A DNA stretch of 50,908 bases, taken from IMG/VR virus record IMGVR_UViG_3300045988_169817; one strand, 5' to 3'. The DNA is from a virus. Shown here piece by piece: positions 7,603-16,399 of this stretch. The notes under the pieces are model-generated. The model searched no databases, was not told where the DNA came from, and saw nothing but the letters and a program-made list of their open reading frames with translations. The position numbers and the translations under genes were made by a program. Position 1 is the first letter of the stretch, and every line of letters starts with the position of its first letter.

Positions 7603-7689
7603 TATTCTCGCGCGCTCTAGAGCACGCCTATCATTCCATTATTATTCAATCATTCATGTACTTAAAGCGCGATATTGCGCGCGAGAATA
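7603..7689. promoter_or_regulatory. GC-rich inverted repeat carrying two GCGAGAAT boxes, with an internal GCTCTAGAGC palindrome
   Basis: tATTCTCGCGCGC (7603-7615) and GCGCGCGAGAATa (7677-7689) are reverse complements. They lie in the spacer between the dUTPase stop and the 7586 start. Confidence 0.55.
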
Positions 7690-7705
7690 ATGTGAAAATC
7701 AATCC

Positions 7706-8200
7706 TTAGTATGACCCAGTAGACCCGAGTGCTCCATCACCACGCTCGGATGAACGGCTGAAAAGCTCTGACTCAGAAACTTCTTCAAGGCCTTCATACG
7801 ATACAGGCACAAGAATAAATTGTGCTATTTTCATACCTGGCTTAATGTGGACCTTGGCTTTGCCGACATTAACAACATGTATATGAATTTCACCTTGGTA
7901 ATCTTCATCTACAATCTTGGCTCCGAGGATAACGATGCTTTCAAATGCTTCTGCTTTCGGTGTTCTACCAGCTCCAAGGCAAGCCCATTTAGAAGTTACA
8001 ACTCCTGATTTATCAGCTGCCATAAGCATATATCCTTCTGGAATTTCCATCTTAATACCTGATGGTATTAAAACATCAGTTCCTGGATTTACGATAAAAC
8101 CTTTGTTATTTCCAAAGTTAGGAACGAAAAAATCAATTCCTGCTGCTTTACCAGTCCCACGAACAGGAGACTTTACATTTCTTATTTTTGCAAACTTCAT
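7706..8200 (-). CDS. dut: Trimeric dUTPase (dUTP pyrophosphatase family)
   Basis: Motifs AGIDFFVP, IDEDYQGEI and a C-terminal RGDGALGSTG. Confidence 0.85.
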   Translation of the reverse strand: MKFAKIRNVKSPVRGTGKAAGIDFFVPNFGNNKGFIVNPGTDVLIPSGIKMEIPEGYMLMAADKSGVVTSKWACLGAGRTPKAEAFESIVILGAKIVDEDYQGEIHIHVVNVGKAKVHIKPGMKIAQFILVPVSYEGLEEVSESELFSRSSERGDGALGSTGSY

Positions 8201-8202
8201 AA

Positions 8203-8580
8203 CTACACTATTTTAACAAGTTCCTTAGCTGCTGTTTCTACGGCTCTAGCAAGTCTATGTTCAACTTCTGGACTTATAAGGCTGTAAACTCCTTCTTTTT
8301 CAAAAGCGTCAGCCATGATAGCTCCAATTTTTGAAAGCTTAGGATTAGAAGCGTTAATGCCATGCTTATCCATAAGTTCTTCGTTGTACTCATACTTAAT
8401 ACCTCTGCCATTTTCTACAGGAACGAGCTTAGCTATTTCTGCATGAGTATTTGACTTTCTGCTCGGAACAGTGATAATAATCTCCTGATTGGTTGCCCTG
8501 CACATATCTGTGCACATTTCCATTACTTCATTGAAGTTGCGCTTAAACTCTCTTGGAGTTACTGAAATTAAACTTTTCAT
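8203..8580 (-). CDS. Hypothetical protein (125 aa)
   Basis: ATG-initiated ORF. The N-terminus has a faint Phd/YefM-like pattern, which is not enough for a call. Confidence 0.5.
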   Translation of the reverse strand: MKSLISVTPREFKRNFNEVMEMCTDMCRATNQEIIITVPSRKSNTHAEIAKLVPVENGRGIKYEYNEELMDKHGINASNPKLSKIGAIMADAFEKEGVYSLISPEVEHRLARAVETAAKELVKIV

Positions 8581-8617
8581 AATGATGTCAAATTAGCAAT
8601 TAAGTTCAACATATATG

Positions 8618-9439
8618 TTACATTAAATCGTCATCGAATAAACTTGGTTGCTCAGTGGCTTTAGGAGCAACTTTTACATCTCCAGGCTTACGCTTTAATA
8701 CCCAAAGAGTATTACGTGAAGCATCCGGGAACATAGGAGCCATGATATTGGCAATGAGGTTTGGGTCATAATACTCTTTAAGAGCATCAAACATTTTCTG
8801 CTGCCAATCATTCATCAGTGGCTTATAGTCTTTAGCCGAAGCAAATGTGCCGAACTTATTTACTATATCAAAATGTTTCAACAATATGCCTTCAAGCTCC
8901 CAATGGTCAAACTCTTGCACATCAACTCCGCGGCCATCGCCTGAGTCATAAATATGATTACCAGCTGCTCCTACAGATGGGTCATAGTTTGGAGTTGAAA
9001 GGTAATAAGTAGCGTCATTATTGCCACAAGCCTTAAAGTTCTCCAAAAATGCATCTGCATTCTGTTTGCCAACATGCTCAAGTACTTCAAATGCACAAAC
9101 CTTATCAGCATTAAATTGGCTAAAATCCATATAATTTTTAACAAGGTCTGCTACATAAAAATGAGCCCAAGGTACATCTGCATACTTTTCAGCAGCTTGT
9201 TGAATTGCTTTTTTGCGAATATCGATACCGATATATTCTTTCTGCTTAAACTTGTTTCGGTATAATACCTCAAGCAAGTTAGCAACTCCACAGCCAAAAT
9301 CAACAATGGACTCGCCAACCTTGGCTTCTTTCAAGATATGAGCCCATCGCAGATAATGCGCAAATTGGTCTCTGTGGAATACGTGACGCTCAAAGGCCTG
9401 GTCAGGTCTGAGGTCTGTTGTGTTATACACTTTTGCCAT
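8618..9439 (-). CDS. Class I SAM-dependent methyltransferase, substrate unknown
   Basis: Motif I VDFGCGVANLL, acidic loop IGIDI, and FEVLEHV. Confidence 0.75.
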   Translation of the reverse strand: MAKVYNTTDLRPDQAFERHVFHRDQFAHYLRWAHILKEAKVGESIVDFGCGVANLLEVLYRNKFKQKEYIGIDIRKKAIQQAAEKYADVPWAHFYVADLVKNYMDFSQFNADKVCAFEVLEHVGKQNADAFLENFKACGNNDATYYLSTPNYDPSVGAAGNHIYDSGDGRGVDVQEFDHWELEGILLKHFDIVNKFGTFASAKDYKPLMNDWQQKMFDALKEYYDPNLIANIMAPMFPDASRNTLWVLKRKPGDVKVAPKATEQPSLFDDDLM

Positions 9440-9441
9440 AA

Positions 9442-10068
9442 TTATTGTTTAATAAAATTTATGTTGTCAGATGAATAATACACAGTATTTGTGCTTTTTA
9501 CTCTATAAATAGCATTGTTAGATAATTTGCATTCTATAATACAGTGTGAAGTACAATAGGCATTGTCACATGCTTCTACTGTGGCATTACCGCGTGCTTT
9601 CACTGTGGCATTATCGCATGCTTCTACTGTGGCATTACCCCATGCTTCTACTGTGACATTGTCCCATGCTTTCACTGTGGCATTGTCCCATGCTTTCACT
9701 GTGGCATTACCGCGTGCTTCTACTGTGGCATTGTCGCATGCTTTCACTGTGGCATTACCGCATGCTTTCACTGTGGCATTACCGCGTGCTTCTACTGTGG
9801 CATTGTCGCACAAAAGAAACCCAGACCGAACCGAAATGTTGATAAATATATCATTTTGAGCAAAATCCTCACGATATTGCATTAGCAAGTTAGAAGTAAT
9901 AACTTTGTTGTTAAAGTACCAATTAAAATTGTCTTTAATAACGCTGCATAATTCTTGAAGTGTTTCAGATTTATACGCTCGGCTGTATTGCTCAGTACAT
10001 GCTTTAGCTGCTTTAGCACGATTAAGAATTTCAGCTTTTATATCTTCAAAATCTGTTTTCTGTGTCAT
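9442..10068 (-). CDS. Repeat protein with about 10 tandem 8-residue units [GD]NATV[EK]A[CRW], a predicted beta-solenoid
   Basis: The repeats are visible in the translation and as a 24-nt DNA periodicity. The ORF-track start at 10092 is TTG, and the first ATG is at 10068. Confidence 0.65.
   Translation of the reverse strand: MTQKTDFEDIKAEILNRAKAAKACTEQYSRAYKSETLQELCSVIKDNFNWYFNNKVITSNLLMQYREDFAQNDIFINISVRSGFLLCDNATVEARGNATVKACGNATVKACDNATVEARGNATVKAWDNATVKAWDNVTVEAWGNATVEACDNATVKARGNATVEACDNAYCTSHCIIECKLSNNAIYRVKSTNTVYYSSDNINFIKQ
9561..9810. repeat. Tandem 24-nt coding repeat, about 10 copies
   Basis: The unit gcttctactgtggcattaccgcgt recurs with few substitutions. Confidence 0.9.
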
Positions 10069-10351
10069 ACCATTTTGAGTTATTAAGTTCAAGGTAATTA
10101 TTTAATGCGCCCATATAAGCAACTGCATCAAGCAAGTTATCTTCTTTGTGGCTATATGCCTCACGTGATAGCTTAAGAGCAATCATTGCTCTATACATTC
10201 CAGCAGTTGTTATTTGCTGGTCTTTAGGCGACATCAAGTTATAAAGAGCTGCTGCTCTTTCCATTGATGCCTGGAATGGCCCATATTGACGCTCTTTTTC
10301 CTCTGAGCGTTCATTTACAATCTTGTTTGCTTGTTCTAAGATGTTAGCCAT
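10046..10351 (-). CDS. Hypothetical small helical protein (101 aa)
   Basis: ATG-initiated ORF. The ERxxxYG motif near the N-terminus is reminiscent of small phage nucleotide-associated helical proteins. This is recollection only. Confidence 0.5.
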   Translation of the reverse strand: MANILEQANKIVNERSEEKERQYGPFQASMERAAALYNLMSPKDQQITTAGMYRAMIALKLSREAYSHKEDNLLDAVAYMGALNNYLELNNSKWYDTENRF

Positions 10352-10353
10352 GA

Positions 10354-10602
10354 TTATTTACCGTTTTTATAGTTAATACAATCCATTTTACAAGAGTCGG
10401 CCAATAGCTTATGAACTTCTGGGTTGTTCCATTGAGAATTCATAAGATAAAGCTGTGCATCTTTCTTATATATTTGAGCTTTTGTATATTGTTCTAAAGC
10501 TTCTATATGCTTAGTATTTTGGCCTATAGCACTATTCATATAGGCAATACATAAAGCTTGTATTACTATGATAACACATAGTCCGATAATTATTTTCTTC
10601 AT
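10354..10602 (-). CDS. Small membrane-anchored protein (82 aa)
   Basis: N-terminal hydrophobic anchor KKIIIGLCVIIVIQALCIAY. Confidence 0.5.
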   Translation of the reverse strand: MKKIIIGLCVIIVIQALCIAYMNSAIGQNTKHIEALEQYTKAQIYKKDAQLYLMNSQWNNPEVHKLLADSCKMDCINYKNGK

Positions 10603-10844
10603 TACGCTACTAAATTTTTAAGTTCTGCTTTTAATCTTTCTGCATCAGCACCTCTGAATGTTTGTGCATTCGCTAAAAAGTATCTAACAATATCTCCTGC
10701 GGTATCATAAAGATACATAGCATTCGGGTCTGAAGTGTCAAGTGTTAACATTGCCTCTAAATAAGGCACCGCACCAAAATATACATTAAGCCATGTTGAC
10801 TTTATATCTTTGGCTATTTGCTGAAAGGTTCTTTTCTTGTCCAT
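10602..10844 (-). CDS. Hypothetical protein (80 aa from the internal ATG)
   Basis: The TATATTTG box at 10868-10875 lies inside the longer ORF-track model, so the start MDKKRTF at 10844 is preferred. Confidence 0.45.
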   Translation of the reverse strand: MDKKRTFQQIAKDIKSTWLNVYFGAVPYLEAMLTLDTSDPNAMYLYDTAGDIVRYFLANAQTFRGADAERLKAELKNLVA

Positions 10845-10867
10845 TTTATTATCTTTATTTAGATATG

Positions 10868-10875
10868 CAAATATA
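10868..10875 (-). promoter_or_regulatory. Bacteroides-type -7 box TATATTTG
   Basis: Reverse complement of caaatata, extended as TATATTTGCATAT like the other copies. Confidence 0.5.
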
Positions 10876-10949
10876 CTAATTTTCTCCGAGAATAGAAAAT
10901 TTTTCATTATAAAATGCACTCACTTAACACTTCTTAACTTGGCCAGATT

Positions 10950-11324
10950 TTATTGCCCTTCTGGATATTCTATTCGCAGTAATTCTTTGCAAAATTGAAT
11001 AACTTGCTCATAGTTATTATATGCAGTTTGAGTAATAATTCTCCGCTGAAGTATCGTTAGTTTATTTTTAATAATAAACTTATTTATGCTAAGAGAGAGA
11101 GCTTTATCATTGCATCTTCTTTTATCTCCTAACTGAATAGCTAATTGAGCATAATGAATACATTTCTTTATATCCTGCGCTCCATTTTTAGCTTTATACC
11201 TACTAATATATTTTATAATACATCCTTGTATAAAAGAGCATCTTAAAGCAGTTATAAGCTCTATTGGTTGCATAGCCATATCTTTATAATAGCTACCACC
11301 TATTTGTACATCTGTTGCTTTCAT
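10950..11324 (-). CDS. DUF3310-like phage protein
   Basis: The N-terminal GGSYYKD...QPIELI pattern is typical of DUF3310 as I recall it. Confidence 0.5.
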   Translation of the reverse strand: MKATDVQIGGSYYKDMAMQPIELITALRCSFIQGCIIKYISRYKAKNGAQDIKKCIHYAQLAIQLGDKRRCNDKALSLSINKFIIKNKLTILQRRIITQTAYNNYEQVIQFCKELLRIEYPEGQ

Positions 11325-11509
11325 ATTTCTACTTTTGTATAATTATTAAAATCACAATAAAGATATTTAGGAATAGGAGTTATAGCACCATTTATATATT
11401 TACATGTAGTTGACCATGTATTTTTCATAACTACCTCATATATTACATTGCGATAACAGAATATATCTCCAACCTTTAACCTTGATATTTTAATATACTT
11501 TTCGCGCAT
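11321..11509 (-). CDS. Hypothetical small protein (62 aa)
   Basis: ATG-initiated ORF with a 4-nt overlap. Confidence 0.4.
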   Translation of the reverse strand: MREKYIKISRLKVGDIFCYRNVIYEVVMKNTWSTTCKYINGAITPIPKYLYCDFNNYTKVEI

Positions 11510-11807
11510 GACTATCAGCTATAAATCCGTTTGCTACTCTCAGTTCATCCATAAACATAACAGAATTGTAATGCTTAGGAAATTCTTTTATCACCTTAAA
11601 GCTTGCTGTTTTATCTTTCACAAAGCTATTGCCTACAGGTTCTACATATCCAAGTTTTACAAACTTATAAAGATATGTGGTTTCTGAGTTTCTGCCTGGT
11701 TCTTTACCAAGCAGAATTTCTTTTGAACTTACTACTTTGCCAACATTATCGTTAACAAATTTTACCATTTCCGGAAATACCGGAGCTTGCTTTCCATTAC
11801 GTCCCAT
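11490..11807 (-). CDS. Hypothetical protein (105 aa)
   Basis: The ORF-track start at 11834 is TTG. The ATG at 11807 follows the SNF2 stop codon (11809-11811) directly. Confidence 0.5.
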   Translation of the reverse strand: MGRNGKQAPVFPEMVKFVNDNVGKVVSSKEILLGKEPGRNSETTYLYKFVKLGYVEPVGNSFVKDKTASFKVIKEFPKHYNSVMFMDELRVANGFIADSHARKVY

Positions 11808-11808
11808 A

Positions 11809-13248
11809 TTACATAAATTTTTTATATTTGTCAATTTTTGCTTTTATGCTATCCATTAAGGCATTTTGCTTTTTATCTTTTGCTTTAAGTGCTCTGATTA
11901 CATCTTCATCATGAGTGCCTTGCAATATCAAGTGATTTATAACAACATGATTTTGCTGTCCTTGTCGATATAATCGAGCATTAAACTGCTGATATAATTC
12001 AAGACTCCATGTTTGCCCAAACCAAACTATTATGCTACCTCCTGCCTGAAGATTAAGTCCATGACCTGCTGATGCTGGATGTGCCAACATAACTTGTATT
12101 TTGCCTGCATTCCAGCCTTCAATATCTTTATTGTTTTTAAGCTCTCTTGGTTTATATTTTTTAAGATACTCAACAATTCTATCTCTATCAAACTGATAGG
12201 TCCATGCTACAAGCACAGATTGGCCATTTGCATCTTCGATTATCTCCTTAAGAGCTTCAAGCTTAATATCATGAATTGGAAACACATTTCTTTCTTCATC
12301 ATATATAGCCCCATTAGCAAATTGAAGTAATTTATTTGAAAGGGCAGCAGCATTGACTACATTTACTTCCACAGGCTTTTCAACAAATACTGAATTGCCA
12401 TTTTCGTCTTCTTGCTCAACAGTTTCAGTAGCACCTATTAAGTCAAGCACTTTATTCTTTTCAAAGTCATCATATTGCTTCTTTAGAGCTTCAGGCATTC
12501 TAAGCTTTATATAGTTATCTGTCCTAAACGGCATTTCAAGATAATCATCGGCTTTCATGCTTATGCAAATATCCTCTATTTTCTTATGTATTAGATATTC
12601 TGAGTCACTCATCAAATCGTATGAATATACGACATGACCATTTGTTTGGCCTGGCCGAAAATACCTTTCTCTATATCTGGATATTGTCTTTTCAAGGCGC
12701 TCGCCTCTATCCATAAGATATATTTGAGGCCACAAATCAATAAGTCCATTTGGAGCGGGTGTACCAGTTAGTCCTACTAACCTTTTAAGATAAGGTCTTG
12801 CGCCGCGTAATGCCTTAAAACGCTCTGATTTATAAGACTTAAAACTGCTAAGCTCATCGACTACTACCATATCAAAAGGTAATTTGCCTCCGCCATACAA
12901 AGCACAAAGCCATACAACATTATCTCTTGATATGATATAAATATCAGCTTTTGTTTCCATAACGGCTGCTATTCGCTGTTTAGCAGTACCTATAATCTTA
13001 GAAAAGCGCAAATGCTTTGTATGCTCCCATTTCTCTGCTTCTTCTTGCCAAACTGACTCAGCCACTCGTTTTGGAGCTATAACTAATACAGAATTAACTT
13101 CACAATAATCAAACATCAAATAATTTATAGCAGTAAGAGTTGATATGGTTTTGCCAAGGCCCATATCTACAAATACACCGCAAAATGGATGCTCGATTAT
13201 ATGCTGCACGCAAGCTAATTGGTATTTATGTAAATCTGTTTCTTTCAT
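11809..13248 (-). CDS. SNF2/Rad54-family (superfamily 2) helicase
   Basis: Motif I DMGLGKT, motif II VVVDELS, and C-terminal helicase motifs QGQQNHV. Confidence 0.85.
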   Translation of the reverse strand: MKETDLHKYQLACVQHIIEHPFCGVFVDMGLGKTISTLTAINYLMFDYCEVNSVLVIAPKRVAESVWQEEAEKWEHTKHLRFSKIIGTAKQRIAAVMETKADIYIISRDNVVWLCALYGGGKLPFDMVVVDELSSFKSYKSERFKALRGARPYLKRLVGLTGTPAPNGLIDLWPQIYLMDRGERLEKTISRYRERYFRPGQTNGHVVYSYDLMSDSEYLIHKKIEDICISMKADDYLEMPFRTDNYIKLRMPEALKKQYDDFEKNKVLDLIGATETVEQEDENGNSVFVEKPVEVNVVNAAALSNKLLQFANGAIYDEERNVFPIHDIKLEALKEIIEDANGQSVLVAWTYQFDRDRIVEYLKKYKPRELKNNKDIEGWNAGKIQVMLAHPASAGHGLNLQAGGSIIVWFGQTWSLELYQQFNARLYRQGQQNHVVINHLILQGTHDEDVIRALKAKDKKQNALMDSIKAKIDKYKKFM

Positions 13249-13316
13249 CTTTTGTTGCTGTAAATATAGCTAAACAAGCTAAACCAAACAAAGCACCTAT
13301 TATAAATGCAACTATG

Positions 13317-13610
13317 TTACTTATCATAAATTATACTATCTATAAATTGTTCAACACCTTTTATCGTATCTATTACTTCAACTCTAAAACCCAAAGCTCT
13401 AAGCTTATTGTGCATATATGCCTGTATGCGTTTAGGCTTTCGTCCAGTTGTTTTTAATTCCACAAAAACTATTTTATGGCCTGGAAATAAACACATTCTA
13501 TCTGGTAAGCCTATAAGTTGGTCGCACAGCAGTTTTATGCACATACCACCATTTAATTTGACTAGTTCTACTAGCTTTCGCTCTATAACTTTCTCACTAG
13601 CTATTTCCAT
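13317..13610 (-). CDS. VRR-NUC domain nuclease
   Basis: PD...(E)xK core: PDRMCLF...VFVELK. The size and the position beside the helicase are typical. Confidence 0.7.
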   Translation of the reverse strand: MEIASEKVIERKLVELVKLNGGMCIKLLCDQLIGLPDRMCLFPGHKIVFVELKTTGRKPKRIQAYMHNKLRALGFRVEVIDTIKGVEQFIDSIIYDK

Positions 13611-13797
13611 ACCTTTTCATATAAATATCATATTCTATTGTATCGATATTAAAAATTACTTTAATAACCTTAAAATATTGGCCTGAGAATTTAACTAACA
13701 TATCTATTTTTGGTATGCTTTCTATATTCTTTGAGCATAACAACGTTGCTTCTTTTATACTCTGACCTGAAAGTTGTTTATAAAAATTTGCTATCAT
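13597..13797 (-). CDS. Hypothetical small protein (66 aa)
   Basis: ATG-initiated ORF in an operon-like arrangement. Confidence 0.4.
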   Translation of the reverse strand: MIANFYKQLSGQSIKEATLLCSKNIESIPKIDMLVKFSGQYFKVIKVIFNIDTIEYDIYMKRYGNS

Positions 13798-13991
13798 AAT
13801 AATCTTATATCATTAGTGTTAATAAAATGCCATTCATCGTCCATGCCTTCAAGTAATAATCCAGCACACAATACCATTTGAAAATGATTATAGCAAAGTT
13901 TAATACCGTCAATTTCAAACGGGTAATTTTTCTTATCTTTCTTGCTTATAAGCCTATGGCATATAGCGCAATTACACTTAAAGTCAATCAT
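13794..13991 (-). CDS. Small zinc-finger-like protein (65 aa)
   Basis: CNCAIC...CYNH cysteine/histidine pattern. Confidence 0.45.
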   Translation of the reverse strand: MIDFKCNCAICHRLISKKDKKNYPFEIDGIKLCYNHFQMVLCAGLLLEGMDDEWHFINTNDIRLL

Positions 13992-16390
13992 AATAAGCTA
14001 TCTTTACGTTTATAGTATTTCTGTTTACCGTATAAAGGAAAGTTCTTAGTGGATGCTATAGCTTCCCATTCAGGCAATGACCTAAGAATTTCATTAACCT
14101 CTCTGGTATTATATCTTGACATTTCTGTCTTATCTTTGCCAAGGCACTCACACCATACTTCAGCAATGCAGACAAAGTCTTTTTGTACTGTACCGTTTTT
14201 AGGCAATGGGTCTTCAAGCCAACGCCTTCTGTCATACAGGTCCATTTTATCCCAGTCATCTGGAAATTTAGTATTAAGATATTCTTCAATAATACCTTTT
14301 CGCTCATCTGCTTCTGAGTGTTTATGTTGCTCAATCTTAGCAATTATATCTTCATCACCAACAAGGTATAAAGGCTCTTTTGCCAAATATAGTTGATATG
14401 CTTCAGCCCATATTTGATTTACTTCATCTTGTGTAAGGTCATCATTTACAGACTTTGTGGCATATTCTGGCCTTACGTCTATAGGCATAAATCGTCTATT
14501 TCCTGTCGGGTCACGTAAGAAATCTTTGTTGTTAGTAGTACCAAAAAATACGCATTGGCGCTTATATGTTTCTACTGTTCTACCATACGCCGGCCTGAAC
14601 ATATCTTCTCTTTTTGATATGTAGTGCTTGATTGACTCTACTTCTGCTTTCTTAAGGCCTGAAAGCTCTGCCATTTCAATCAGCCACGCCCCTTGTATCT
14701 GTTCAAATGACTCCTTGCCCTGCACAGTTGTGAATGTATCTGAGAACCATTCCATGCCGAGCTTTTTAACGAAAGTACTTTTATATGTTCCTTGTTCTCC
14801 GACAAGTATAAGCGCTGTGTCGAACTTAACACCTGGCTCGAACACCCTCGCAACAGCCGCCACCAACGTTTTCCTAATGGCGGCTCTAGTATAAGCGTTA
14901 TCTTCTGCTCCAAAATAATCAATCATTAATGTATTAACTCTCGGTATGCCATCCCACTTTTGAGCACATATATACTCTCTTATCGGATGGAACTTTTTCT
15001 TTTCAAATTCAAGCGCAAGCGCGTCGTCCACTTTTTGACTTGACACAATGCCGTAAACACACTCAATGTAATTACGAACACCAGAATAGTCAACATCACG
15101 AAGAGGCTCCACAGTATCGACTTTACGCCATGGTAACGAACGTGTAACATATCTTTTATTATCAAAAATGTTTAGCTTAAATACATCTTTTAAGAATTGG
15201 TCATGCTGAATTATTATATTCAAGTTATTGGCAGAATTATCATATTCGCCTTTTGTATTAGCGTCAAGCTCTTCTGTCCATGAAGTATCATATTCTTCAG
15301 GAACTCCTGCTTTTGCTTCTTCTGCAAACTCGAATTTAGCTTCAGCAAACTTTTCTTCAGCAATATGCTTTTTTGTTGTAGAGTCCTTAGAAGCAAATTC
15401 TTCCATTGCCTTAAAGCTCTTTTTATCTTTGTCTTCTTTTTCTTTGCCTGTATCTAAATGGCCAAATTTATGTATGCGAACTAAGTCAAATGCATTACAT
15501 AGTCTACCTCCAGCAGGGTCTGTTCCATGATGAGAATATGCAAATTTATCATCATAGACTATTAAGCCCGCAGCTGTAGAGCCATTTATATACGTATATC
15601 GCCCTTCTCCAGCTGGTGTATATACATCTGAAAGAAAAGTCTCAATGGCTTCTTGTATAGTATAAGTACGGCAGAAAACACCAATTATGCCTTTTTTATC
15701 TTCTGGGTCCTCTTGCTTTTTGATAGCTTGCATTATTACATCTGTGCTATCTGTAGCAGTTGGCCATTCGCTCGTATCATGCCAATCATCATATAGCCCA
15801 AGAATATAATCAGCTTCAAGGAAAGGTCCGTCTTGAAATTCAAAGTAGTACTCCATATCTGATGATACAGACGGCCAGAACATAAGTCTATTTACGTCAA
15901 AAGTCGACTGGTCAAACAAATCAATGTTTAGGTCTCCAGCGACTTTTCGGGCAATGGCTTGATATTCTTCTTGTGATACTTCTCTATCAAGTGGAATTAC
16001 CAATCTGTGTCGTGGCTTTTCAGGGCATGACTTATGAGTTGAGTGTATAACTGCCGCACAATCAAAAAGCATTTGGAAGTCCCACCAAAGGTTCTCATGA
16101 GAAAAGTCAATATCCAATGTAATTAACTGGCGGTAAAGTACATTTGTTTTATCACGCCTACCATTTGTAAGAAAACCTCCTACAAATCCGCCTACGTCTT
16201 TTATCTTACTTTGCTCTTCTTTTGTGGCACTCATAAACCGCTTATATGTTTCAGCGGTTACTACAGGAGTAGCTAGCTTTTGAACTAAATTGCTCCAAGT
16301 AGTTTTGGTATTTTTCCATATTTTACTTGAAACGTTTAGTCCAACTGCTATGCTCAAATTTTCATCGTATTTCAATTTATCTACTTGCAT
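13988..16390 (-). CDS. Bifunctional primase-polymerase (AEP-like N-terminus) and P-loop helicase (VirE/D5-like C-terminus)
   Basis: LITLDIDF acidic motif and HRLVIPL in the N-terminal half. A P-loop-like GEQGTYKST sits in the C-terminal half, with Tyr where the canonical Walker A has Gly. The first ATG is at 16390, and 16396 is TTG. Confidence 0.75.
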   Translation of the reverse strand: MQVDKLKYDENLSIAVGLNVSSKIWKNTKTTWSNLVQKLATPVVTAETYKRFMSATKEEQSKIKDVGGFVGGFLTNGRRDKTNVLYRQLITLDIDFSHENLWWDFQMLFDCAAVIHSTHKSCPEKPRHRLVIPLDREVSQEEYQAIARKVAGDLNIDLFDQSTFDVNRLMFWPSVSSDMEYYFEFQDGPFLEADYILGLYDDWHDTSEWPTATDSTDVIMQAIKKQEDPEDKKGIIGVFCRTYTIQEAIETFLSDVYTPAGEGRYTYINGSTAAGLIVYDDKFAYSHHGTDPAGGRLCNAFDLVRIHKFGHLDTGKEKEDKDKKSFKAMEEFASKDSTTKKHIAEEKFAEAKFEFAEEAKAGVPEEYDTSWTEELDANTKGEYDNSANNLNIIIQHDQFLKDVFKLNIFDNKRYVTRSLPWRKVDTVEPLRDVDYSGVRNYIECVYGIVSSQKVDDALALEFEKKKFHPIREYICAQKWDGIPRVNTLMIDYFGAEDNAYTRAAIRKTLVAAVARVFEPGVKFDTALILVGEQGTYKSTFVKKLGMEWFSDTFTTVQGKESFEQIQGAWLIEMAELSGLKKAEVESIKHYISKREDMFRPAYGRTVETYKRQCVFFGTTNNKDFLRDPTGNRRFMPIDVRPEYATKSVNDDLTQDEVNQIWAEAYQLYLAKEPLYLVGDEDIIAKIEQHKHSEADERKGIIEEYLNTKFPDDWDKMDLYDRRRWLEDPLPKNGTVQKDFVCIAEVWCECLGKDKTEMSRYNTREVNEILRSLPEWEAIASTKNFPLYGKQKYYKRKDSLL

Positions 16391-16399
16391 AAACAATAA

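Noticed and set aside
8203-8580. Phd/YefM-like antitoxin signature at the N-terminus of the 125-aa protein, suggesting a toxin-antitoxin pair.
   Set aside because: The resemblance is limited to a loose pattern. The neighbouring genes are a dUTPase and a methyltransferase, not a toxin.
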